Shown here: in pieces, positions 51,569 through 64,000 of the stretch
Layout of the letters: every line of letters begins with the position of its first letter
Position numbering within the stretch: the stretch's first letter is position 1
Program-made: the position numbers and the translations under genes
The notes under the pieces: model-generated
Databases searched by the model: none
Seen by the model: the letters and a program-made list of their open reading frames with translations, nothing else
Told to the model about the DNA's origin: nothing
DNA from: Penicillus capitatus
Taxonomy: Eukaryota > Plantae > Chlorophyta
Direction: 5' to 3'
DNA: 64,000 bases
NCBI GenBank assembly: GCA_965649825.1
Contig: OZ287712.1
Span: 347,708-411,707 of the forward strand

Positions 51569-53286
51569 TTAAAGACGTTGGATTTCTTCATCTGAAGGGA
51601 TGTCTCCTAGATTCTGTGGTACAGTTGGCTGTGAGGACATTTCGATCTCGATCGTGTCATCGAGCGCTTTGCCCATCGTTTCGACAGGGATAAAGTAAAC
51701 GGCTGTCCAGGCAACCAGGCACAAAAGGGAAAAGAGTATTTCCACGACCGTTGCGTGACCTTCGTCCACCAGATGCACGGCAAAGAGTGGCGCCGCCAAG
51801 CCGCCAAAACGCGAAAACGCATTGCAGATGCCCATACCGAATGTCCGAACGTCCGTGGGGAACAGCTCAGGGGTATAGACGAAGAGCGCATTGAAGGAGC
51901 CCGTGATGGATGTCCGTGCAGCAAAGAGAAGGGCTGTCTGGTAAATATCGCTTCCACTGAGCGCGAGTGGCCACAAAGACATCGCACTCGCAAAGAGAAA
52001 GATCAGCATCGTCCGGCGGCGGCCGAAACTGTCGATCGTGAAAAAACAGATCGTAAATCCGACGGTCTCCGCCGCCGTATCGATAAAGATCTCAAGATAG
52101 TCGCTCTCTTCTAACTCCAGCTCGCCATCCGCCGAGCACTCTTCAGCTTCCTTGGACTGGAGCTCGGTCGTGAGCAGGACGATGCCGTAGTACATCATGG
52201 CATGGACGAACCAGGTGACGAAGAGCAGCAGGGTCCGTCGGATCAGGGCACTGGACACCAGTCTGCACACCATTCCCCGTTGTCACGTATTCGCTCAAAA
52301 GAGTGAGAAGAGTGACGCACTCGGCGAGGCCACGGAACATGCCAGACGTCACTTTTTTGACGTGATAGTTAAAGTTCTTCGGTTCTGTGCTGACCGTCGG
52401 CGGCGTTCGGACCATCAGTTTGCCGGCGGGCAACTCCTTGCCGTTCAATTTGGCAATCCGTGCCAGAACACGCTCGGCGCGGAGCTGTTTGCCTTTCAAC
52501 GCCAGAAATCTCGGCGATTCCGAGAGGAAAGGAAAGAAGAGGAGGAGAACGACGAAGGGGATGGTGGAAATGCCAAGCAGATATCTCCACCCCAACGATG
52601 GCAGAACAGCCCAAGCCAACGCGGCTTCGGCCAAGGCACCGATCGTCCAGAACGCCTGTACCAGAATGGCAAAGCGACCCCTCTGCTCCGTGGGGACAAA
52701 TTCCAGAAACAGACTGAAAGCCACGTGCAGGCCGCCGATGCCTAACCCCACCAGTCCACGGAAGATCAACAGACCCTACGTCACTCTTTTGTCACACGTT
52801 GATAGAGAGAGCCGAAATCCGACGGTGTAGTTCGGGGCAGCCGCCGAGGCAAAGCCCCAGATGGCAGTGAAAATGGCCGGGGCGAGGAATCCGATCTTGC
52901 GGCCTTCGCTGTCTCCGAGGACACCCCAAAGGTATGCACCGATGAACATCCCCACGAAGACGACGCTCGTAATCGCTCCCTTCTCCATCGAACTGAGATT
53001 CCATTCGCAACTTGCCTGTGGACAGACGACATTGTTGGTGGCCTCTCTGGCGTTGTGTTGCTGGCGAGGCCGTCCGTCTTACCGAAGGAGCCAGAAATGA
53101 CAGTAACATCATTTCCATGGCATCACACATCCAGGCAAAGCCAACGTAGAGAAGGAGAAGCCATTGGTATCGACCGACGCCTGCGGCGCTGAGAGCTTCG
53201 TCAATGGTGTAGGTCCCAATGGAAGAGGAGACGGGGGCGGCATCCGATGCCTCGGTACGGATGAGACGGCCTTCTTCTTTTTCCAT
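51569..53286 (-). CDS. MFS transporter, SVOP/OCT7-like
   Basis: GFAWMCDAMEMMLLSFL, GVLGDSEGRK, RGLVGLGIG, LGWRYLLG, ESPRFL, YTPELFPTDVRT. Confidence 0.92.
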
Positions 53287-53338
53287 CTAGGACAGGCGCA
53301 AGGCACAGACAGACACGGACGACCTGTCGCGTCTTGTC

Positions 53339-54886
<1,548 letters not shown>

Positions 54887-55448
54887 CATATCCATCGTAC
54901 CATCCAAAACGATCATCTATGGACGTATGACTTGCCGAGAGAATCGCCTTTGACGCTTCTCTATCTGTTCAGCAACAATGTAAACGTCACATCACATCCG
55001 CCGCCTCTCGGGCGTTTCTGGCAGATCATAGCTGCAGTGTATGTGGACCGTCGCTCTTCCATCTGCGAAACGCGTCGAGGTGTCGTCGCGCTGGGTCGTT
55101 TTTTCAAAGATCTCGCTTTTTGCAAGCAGTAACAATCGCTTCGAGATACAGCGTTAGCCAGTCATGCCTTCGGACTATTCCTGCAACACTTTCGACAACA
55201 GAGGCGGTTTCCTTTATTCAGAACAAAAAAATCACCGCCTCTATCCATGAATCTCCCTTCGCACCAAAGATCTGCCGCCTCTCGTGTCGCGATGTCCAGC
55301 GAAATCTTGATTCGAGTCCAAACGACGGAAAACGGCAACAGAAGCTCATCCGTCACGACCGATATAAAACAAACGACGGGCACTGCACGCGCTCACAGTG
55401 CTTATTGAAGTTGAAAGAGCAAAGAATTATTGGTTCACGAGATATGCT

Positions 55449-57040
55449 TCACTTTGTGGAGTCTTTCCGTTTCTTCACGGAGCTGTCTTTGGACGAGGCC
55501 TTGGCCACGGCACTGGCCTTCGATTTGGCTGTGGATTTTGTTCCGTCTGACGTTGCTTTGACCTTGCCGGTCGCCTTTGCCGTCGCCTTGCCAGACTTGG
55601 ACGTCACCTTAACCTTCTTCGTCACCTTCTCCACGGTAGGGGCCGCGGCAATGCGCTCTGTCGGCAGCGACGCCAATTTGCATTTCGTATCTGGCAAATC
55701 GAACGACGTCTTGCGTTCTCGCTTCTCATCGAAAACGCCGAGCTTGTATTCATGATCGCACAGATCGCAGATGCCATTCTCGAAACTCGACAACTAAAAT
55801 ACGCAAGATAGAAATGCAAGCAAATCTAAAAAGGCGGCGGGCGTCCTTACGGCAAGATTCTTTTCCAGGCAGTTGGGGCAAGGATTCCAGATGGCACGCC
55901 AATCGCGATCGAAGGCAGAAGCGAGGTAGTAAGGACGCTCGTCTGCACCCTTGACGAATTCCTTGACGTACTTCGTCGCCGCAGAGGATGACGCGATCGC
56001 CTGATAGCCATCCATATACACATCACTCTTCTCGACGGTTTCCTTTATGGACGCACCTGATATCCGTTTTTCTTTTCGGGAACATTGGGACAGCAGCGAC
56101 GTCCGTTTGTCGGCCAGCCGGTCTCGCAGACCCAGACGTCTTTGGTGTAGAATTTTGACAGTCCAGTGGCACGCGCGTTGGCATAGGAGGCCGCAGCGAT
56201 GCAGTTGTCCTTGGCGCGCAGCGGGCATTCCACAGGTCTCCCCTCTGCATACGGCATGATCTTGAGGCAGATAAAATCGACAGCCCTGGAGCAAGCGAGG
56301 GGTATCAGCGCAAGTCTTTGCGCGGGAGGGTCGATCTACTCGGCGAGCGTGGCTCCGTGCTCCGATTCCCAGACACCCCATCCTTCCGCCGTCGTCACCG
56401 GATGGGTCAGTTTGTGTTTGCGCAGAATCTTCTTGACGCGGTCGATGTAGCCGACCAACAGATCGACGTTGTCCTGGAAGAAGAGACAAGAGAGTTGGCG
56501 GCGTGTGTGTGGCGGCTGGAATAGAGGACCAGGATTTTGGCATAGCGGTCGGTGCTGCCAATTCTGCCGTTGACGAAGGCATCGCTGCCGACGACGATAG
56601 CCTGGACGGCACCGGAATGCTTCTTCATGACCGATTCCATCATCTTCATCTCCTTCTCGTTGTCTTCTGCCGACGTTCCGAGAAAAACGCCGAGCAGAAT
56701 GGTGACATTGAGCTTCTCTGCCTGTTCCATCATCGCCCACGTGGTCTCTGGACACACGGCAATGTTGTAGAGCCGGATGCTCTTGACAAACGTCGCCATG
56801 ATTTGGGTATCGATGATCGCCTAAAGTACAGATGGCGTTCAGAGGCTTCGGTTGGCGGCTGTGGCGGCGGACTTGTTCTTTCGAGACGCAGATGTCTTCG
56901 GTGGAGAAAGCAAAGGGGTCGTAGGTGATTCCATACAGCGGTTTACAGCCGGTTGCTTTGGCAGGTGCAGCTCCCAGTGCACCGTACGTGCAGCAACCGA
57001 TGACCAGAAGCAGCACAGCCAGACGGTCGAAGAATTGCAT
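55449..57040 (-). CDS. GH17-family secreted protein A, lacking catalytic NE motif, with K/A/T/S-rich tail
   Basis: Signal peptide, YGITYDP, SIRLYN, VVGSDA (vs VGNEP), HPVTTAE, VDFICL, CETGWP. Confidence 0.85.
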
Positions 57041-57733
57041 ATTGTTTTGCGAGCGACGCCAGCAGCTCAAGCGCAAATGCGTTAAGGGACGAGCGGGTCG
57101 ACGTATCGCCACAGAAACTCGTTCTTGTGTGTTTGCCGGTTCTTTGGTGTAGGTGATATACAGGCGAAGAGCGAGTCTTCAAGAGATGTACGCGTTTGGC
57201 GGTGTCAAGAAAGGACGCCGAATTTCGATGCGTTGTTCAGCAGACCCGTCCGTCCACAAATGCACGGTTGTACGGTACGCAGCGGTCAGCCATCGGTTCC
57301 TCTGCTCCAGCGGTTTTTGACTGGACGCCTGCGACGGTTGACCAAAACGCCTTGCCTATAGGATACCGTTCGACGCTGCCGATGGCGCCCTCTCGCATGA
57401 CGCATCTTGGCCGCATCCACGGTGCAAAAGCGAAACGTGTGTGACGTTTCTGCGCGTTTCGACGACCCGTCCACGACCGTCTTTGCTGAAAGAGTTCCTC
57501 GACGGCGATTTCGGCGTGAAGTTTCGTCCACTCAGCGACTAACCGTTTCATGGCGATTGCCGACGGTATGAAAACACGAAGCGCGTGCAGGTGTTAACGA
57601 TTCCTTGAAGACGATCGTGAACTGCGTCTGCCTTTCATTTCTTCCCACCCTCTGTCTTCGGTCAGACCCCAACCCAGAGGCGCGTATCTACCATCCACCA
57701 CCGACTCCGAAAGCGACCGCTACCGTGCCTCGA

Positions 57734-58899
57734 ATGTCGGTCGTGAAATTCGTCCTCCTCACTGCGCTCATTGCGGTCATCTCTGCGACGCCGTCGTGTG
57801 AACCCAAGCCGTTCTATGGCGTCACCTACGCTCCCTTCTCTATGGACTATGCCAACATCTGTCTTCCGACCGAACGGGTAGGGACATCCGCGTGGCACTG
57901 ATTGTCTCACCTGAGCGTGCGTGCGTTCGTGCGTGCTGCATAGGTCAAGAAAGATATGAAACTGATTACGAAGGTTGCACACAGTATCCGCCTCTACAAC
58001 ATCGGCATCTGCTACGACGATACCATCGTCGTAATGGAAACGGCGAAGCGTCATGGCATGACGGTGACCATCGGACTCTGGATGGATGGCAACGATACGA
58101 CGATCTTTGACAACGAGTTTGCCGTGCTCCCCGAAATGATGGAGAAATATGGAGACATCATCGAATACGTCGTCGTCGGCAATGAACCCCTGAAGGTCGA
58201 AGAGATGAAAGTGGAAGACGTGATCGTGCGTTATCGACGTGTTAAGAAGTGGATGATCGCCAACGGCTACTCCCATCCCGTGACGGTTGCCGAAGTCTGG
58301 CAGGCATGGGAATCGCCAGACGGATTCGAGCTCGTCAAAGAGGTCGATTTCCTATGTATGAACATGCAGCCCTACTGGGAAGGGTTCTATGCCGAATGCC
58401 CCGACAACGAACCAGACTGCACGACGGCAGGTCGGCTAATCTCCTCTCTCCTGCAGAAATCGCAACGCTGTCGTTCGTAGCGGACTATATCCATCTGAAG
58501 GCGGCGGGTTTGGAGGAGTTCTTTCAGAAGAAGATCGTGCTTTGTGAGTCTGGCTGGCCGACACAAGGCGAAGCCTGTTGCAGTGGTATCGATGATCCCG
58601 TGATCCCTGGCTTCCATGCCGTTCCTTCCGTCGACAACGCAGTCCACTTCGTCCACAACTTCGTCTACCGTGCGAAGGAGCGAAATGTAAAGTACTACTT
58701 GCATGCGGGTATTGACGACGACTGGAAGAAGACCTGGGATCCCTGCGACGAATGCAAGGGCACGGGCGTTTCGAAGTTTGGTGGGGAGGAATGCGATTTC
58801 TGTGTTGTGGATTATTACTGGGGCATGTACACATACGATCGCACGTACAAACCGCACTACGTGTTGCCAGAAGCGGCGGCGCAATGCGATGTTCATTGA
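57734..58899 (+). CDS. GH17-family secreted beta-1,3-glucanase/glucanosyltransferase B
   Basis: Signal peptide, YGVTYAP, SIRLYN, VVGNEP, HPVTVAE, VDFLCMNMQPYW, CESGWP. Confidence 0.9.
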
Positions 58900-60171
58900 G
58901 TGAGATGCGCATTTTTGTTTTCTCTCTCTTTTCTGCACATCTGAATTGATTTCGAACTTGATTCCGAATGCACGAGGTGATCTCGTTTGCTTTTCTGAAC
59001 TATTTCATTCAAAGCCGTGTAGCATTTTGCTATCGCTAGCAGAAATGGCACAGGGCTTGAAACTGATCTAGCATAATCTGTCACGTCGAATATCTTATGC
59101 GAGATAACCTTCGCACAATAATGTACACGTCTAAATTCTTGTCTGAATTCAGCAGACACAATAAAGAGGTCTCTCTGTGACAGCTATGTAATGGATGCTT
59201 CCATAAACTTATCGCACTGAGATTGAGAGGATTCGGCGGATGGGTTTGTCGAGAAGGGCAGGGTCGGCATCATGCGTGGCTGTTCCTTCAACGGAATCGT
59301 CAGAATCGTCCTTCGTCTTCTCGAAGGAAGAAAACGAACAGAGCGCGTCTTCACTTTGCCACCCGTGCATACGCGATTCCGTGCTCGTCGACGAAGAGGC
59401 CCGGCTTGAGAGAACCGTTTCGCCGGCTAGCAGCATCTGACCAGCCAAGAGCAGCAATGGCCTGGAAGGGCATTCGAAGGTCGCCGGGTTATATGCTCGA
59501 CGGCTCTTCTGCCTTGTCGAGCATGCTCTGTTCGTATCGGCAACGAAAGAACATCTGTGTAAAGGGTATAGTGAGTGGCTTCGTAGACCGCGCCTATCGG
59601 TCCGTTCATCTCATGTACGCGTTTTGCGTGTAAGCAACGTGCGAACGGACCGTCCTTTTTGGTCCGCTTCTTCCCGCGGTTCGTGTGTTCGTTTTGGCCG
59701 AACGTGTTGTGAGGCAGTGGACAAGATGGACAAATGGCTTGTTTTGCCAGCGGGCGTCATATTTAACCACACGCGGCCTGTCTTATGACGGTCGTATCTA
59801 TCATTCTCTAACAGGAGTTTGTCAAGAAGAACATGATGATCCAGCTGCGAACGCGTTTCTAACGGCTGTCACCGAACAATTGGCGGGTCGACGGGCAGCC
59901 AGCTGGACGACGAGGGCGAAGTTCGTACGTTCAAAGGCACCTAACCGTCAAGGCCTGAGCTCAAAGGCAGACCACCCGCCTTTGCAAAAAAGTACTTTAC
60001 CTGAAGAAACTTACCGATTCGGCACAATCGTTAAAAGCTATACGAGTGGTCTCTGCTTTCCGAGCGTCGGATTCTTCTTTACGTTGTCGAAATCTCTTGG
60101 CATCTCTCGTAGCTAAACTCGAGGTAAGGGGTTCATCTTTGGCGCATCGATGGAGCCGTCGGTCTGTGTAG

Positions 60172-61321
60172 ATGATGTCCATACCAACGATGGTCTTTTT
60201 CGCCCTCGCCGTGGCGGCGGTGTCCGCGACGGATTCCTGTACGCCGAAGCGCTTCTACGGCGTGACCTATGCACCGTTAGCATTAGACTCCACCAATATC
60301 TGCCTCCCTGTCGAGCAGGTCAGGTCCGTCGACAACGACGTCCAGCGTCATATGTCCCCGTGCAGGTCAAGGAAGATATGGAAAAAATTGCTCAGCTCGC
60401 CAACAGCGTGCGTATTTACAATATTGCCGTGTGCTACGAAAACGCCATTCAAATCATGGAGAGCGCCAAGGCAAACGACATGACGGTTCTCATGGGTCTC
60501 TGGATGCAAGAAGGGGACCCATCGGTGTTCGAGAACGAATTTGAGCACTTGCCTGAATTTATGGAGAAGTACGGTGACATCATTGAGTATGTCATCGTCG
60601 GCAATGAGCCCGTCTTCATCGAAGAGATCGATGTCGATGAGGTCCTTGCGGCCTACAACAAAACCAGAGCCTGGCTCAAGGAACATGACTACCCACACAA
60701 ATCCTCCGTTGCCGAAGTGTGGCCCGTCTGGGAGACCGAAAGCGGACTGAAGCTCGCCAACGCGCTGGACTTTGTCTGCATGAACATGCAGCCATACTGG
60801 GAAGGCTTCTTCGCCAAGTGCCCAAGCAACGTCACGGACTGCACACCCGCAGGTTTGCCCATCGCACGCGTCTTGCTCTCTGAGTGCTGTGCGCCTTAGG
60901 CGAGTACATCCACTTGAAGGCGGAGGGTCTTCAGGGTTACTTTGGCAAACAAGTCGTTCTTTGCGAGGCAGGCTGGCCAACGCTCGGCGAGCCCTGCTGC
61001 AGTGGCAGTCGCGACAATGCCCTCACTGGCTTTCATGCCGTTCCTTCTCTCGAGAACGCCGCCGCCTTTGTGCAGAACTTCGTCGGCATCGCACAGCAAC
61101 GCGAGGCCAAATACTATCTGCACACGATGTTCGACGAGCAATGGAAGCAAATCTGGGATCCCTGTGACGAGTGCAAAGGCCAACAGGTCTCCAAGTTCAG
61201 CGAAGACGAGTGCAACGGTTGCATTGTTGATTACAACTGGGGGTTCATGTCTTTCGAACGCGAGGTCAAGAGCGCATACGTCTTGCCAGAGCCTCTGCCT
61301 CAATGTCACTATAGCAACTGA
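60172..61321 (+). CDS. GH17-family secreted beta-1,3-glucanase/glucanosyltransferase C
   Basis: Signal peptide, YGVTYAP, SVRIYN, IVGNEP, LDFVCMNMQPYW, CEAGWP; same intron positions as copy B. Confidence 0.9.
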
Positions 61322-62031
61322 GAGAATAACCGCCGCAATTTTCGATACGAACTGTTTGATTGATGATCCCGAATCCTATCTGACATAGCCTTAGTGACAC
61401 TGTCTCCTTTACCGCTGGATTTGATTGGATCACGCATTTGATTGATCACCTGGTTAGCTATTGTTTTCGATGCCTCGATGCATCTCCTGCCTTGGATACG
61501 TGGCTACCAAATAAATCGTGAAGATGGCTCCTGTTCAAAATCTTCCTTTGTTGCCCGATAGACTAGACCAGTACGGAGAAGAATTTCGTGACGGCCTCGC
61601 TGTATGAAGGCGTCGTGAACAATAACGGATGGGATGTCGACACCCGTTTAAGAGAAATTCTTGTCAAGAATACTCCACGCTGTGCTCCTTTGATGCATCG
61701 CAGGGCATCATCGCTGTTCTTAAGGCCTCGGCCGTCGATCGCATTTCGACCATTCTTTTCCTTCATTTCAGGAGATGCGGTGTCGTCTCGTCCTTTCATC
61801 GACCTCCAAGAGCAGAGGCGCACGATGTTCCAAACAGACGGCCAAAAAAGACGAAAGAAACGGCGGCGATGTTGGGCGGGTGCATTCGAGGTAGGCAACG
61901 CCACACGTTTGCCCCTCTGTGCCAACCCTCGTTCGCTCAGGGACTTCCTGCGACATAGAGCACGATTTGCCGACCGATCGCTAACGGCCACACGCGTGCG
62001 TTGCCTCTTAGTTGGATATCGGTGAGACAGG

Positions 62032-63903
62032 TTGCTGCAGATAGCGCAGATTACTCTCTGTACTTCCAACCGAACACCGAGCGATTCTCCCTCGAGCAGC
62101 AGTTCGGCATCTGAGGTCTCGTTCTCGAGCCTTGCTCATCGGCCTGATCCTCTGCGTCTTACTCAGAGTCTCTTAACCAATCTGAATCCTTCATCGACGA
62201 GCGAAGAGAGCTTTTCGCCGGCGCTGTGCAAAGAAGACGTGCAGATCGCGACAAGGGAAACGACGGAGGTGTGCTGGCGCTGTATGTGGAGTATCGTGAG
62301 ATGTACACGCGTAGGCCATCGATAGTGTGACGTCTGGGTCGCAGCTATGGCTGAATCGTCGATGGGTGATCGTGGGACTGTGCTTCGTCGCTTTCATGTT
62401 GTGTAACATGGATCGGGTGAACATGAGCATCGCGATTCTGCCGATGGCGACGGAGTTCGGATGGGACAGCCAGTTGAAAGGCATCGTGCAGTCCTCCTTC
62501 TTCTGGTGACCTTCTGGGCAGCTTCCCATCGACGATCACGCGGTTCGACAGGGGTTACCTTCTGACGCAGATCCTGGGCGGCATCTGGGCCGATAAGTTC
62601 GGAGGGAAGCGCATTCTGGGTGCGGTTTGCAGATCGGAGAGGCGACAGACAGTGCGTATGTTTGTGCAGGCTTTGGTGTTGTCTGGTGGTCCATTGCGAC
62701 AGCGGTGACGCCGTTTGCTGCACATCTCGGATTTCCAGCCCTCCTGACAGCGAGAGCCTGTATGGGAATCGGCGAGGGCGTTGCGATGCCGGCCATGAAC
62801 AATCTTCTCTCCAAGTCTGTTGTCGCATCTCTCCTTCGCCGCCGCCTCTGCAAGAGGATACGATGCACTGTCTCAGGTGGATACCGGTACAAGAGCGATC
62901 GAGGTCTTTGGCCTTCGTCTACAGCGGTATGTTTGTGGGGTCGATTCTGGGATTGGCCATTTCGCCGCATCTCATTCAGCTGCTACAGTGGCCTTCTGTA
63001 TTTTTCATCTTTGGCTCATTCGGAATCGCTTGGCTGATTTTTTGGAATCAATCGGCGTCGAGCTCGCCGCAAGAAGACCCCCACATCAGCGACGCCGAAC
63101 GCGATTACATCATCAGCGGAAAACAACAGAACGTCTGTCCGACGATGGCGTTTGGCCTGGATTGACGCCTTGTGTGTTCAGGAACCGACAGTGGAGATTC
63201 CGTGGGGCAGAATCCTGTCGAGGATCGAAGTGTGGACGATCATCATCAGCCATTTCTGTCACAACTGGGGTACCTTTATCCTGTTGACATGGATGCCGAC
63301 CTACTACAACCAAGTCCTGGGATTGGACCTCATGAAATCGGGATTCTTCTCTGTCTTACCATGGATCACGATGGCCATCGCGGCGAACATCGGCGGATGG
63401 CTCGCCGACAGCCTCGTCCCACGAATCGGCGTGACAAAAGTCCGCAAACTTATGCAAACCGTAAGCCCGCCGCCACGCGCCGCCATCCCTCGGATGACAG
63501 AGGCCTGTCTGTTGCAGATTGGATTTCTAGGTCCAGCACTGTTCTTGACGCAGCTCAGCAGAGTCCATTCTGTCCCGATGGCTGTCCTGTGCATGATGTG
63601 CTCACAAGGACTGGACGCTTTTAGCCAGTCTGGACTGTACTCCAATCACCAGGACATCGGTCCCAAGTACTCCGGCGTGCTTCTCGGTCCGTCATCCTTT
63701 GTCCTCTTCAGCACCTCGAGTCTTTGCTTTTAGGCCTGTCCAATACGGCAGGAGTGTTGGCTGGAGTGTTCGGAACATATGTGACGGGGCGCATTCTGCA
63801 GTACGGTTCGTGGGATCAAGTGTGGCACGTGTCCGTGACGCTCTACATCGTGGGCGCCGTGATTTGGAACCTATTTGCCACAGGAGAACGCATACTTGAC
63901 TGA
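62032..63903 (+). CDS. PHT4: PHT4/ANTR anion (phosphate) transporter, SLC17 family; transit-peptide start uncertain (may begin ~61830)
   Basis: CNMDRVNMSIAILPM, QSSFFWGYLLTQILGG, RACMGIGEGVAMPAMNN, FCHNWGTFILLTWMPTY, YSNHQDIGPKYSGVLLGLSNTAG. Confidence 0.95.
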
Positions 63904-64000
63904 AAACCCGTCGATCGTCGTGCAGACCAGTTCCAAGGCTTTTTTCGCACATGAACTGGCACACGCTTTTCTGTTTAACGTATGGAAACAGCTTTGTGCA

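Noticed and set aside
58893-59650. Possible small minus-strand gene between GH17 B and C
   Set aside because: Only short ORFs with no recognisable motif, and no convincing spliced model.

Overview
A gene-dense, intron-rich eukaryotic nuclear window, most likely from a flagellate-stage core chlorophyte green alga. Evidence for that assignment: plant/algal-type PHT4, GDH, ankyrin-Raf (ILK/VIK) kinase and PAT1; axonemal genes; TGTAA poly(A) signals after stop codons; standard genetic code. About 33 genes are split by ~45-60 nt introns. They include two serpins, two cytochrome b561-family genes, an XRN1-like gene, PDI, BIO2, BUD32, an STMP1-like microprotein, a RAP-domain protein, dynein IC1, MAP1A, IQUB, PAT1, CCT4, LYRM9, two LC8 genes, an SVOP-like MFS transporter, GDH, three GH17 genes and PHT4. 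No rRNA, convincing tRNA, CRISPR array or recognisable transposase was found. Most notable: (1) a full-length XRN1 homologue whose catalytic and 5'-phosphate-pocket residues are systematically replaced (candidate pseudo-nuclease); (2) unusual intron architecture, with about 9 GC-AG introns (5 in the XRN1-like gene) and two strongly over-represented 9-mers, TCACTCTTT and GTCACATCA; (3) duplications with targeted divergence (serpin reactive loops, a membrane-protein ectodomain, and a GH17 lacking the catalytic NE motif). All gene models were spliced by eye, and some 5' ends are approximate.
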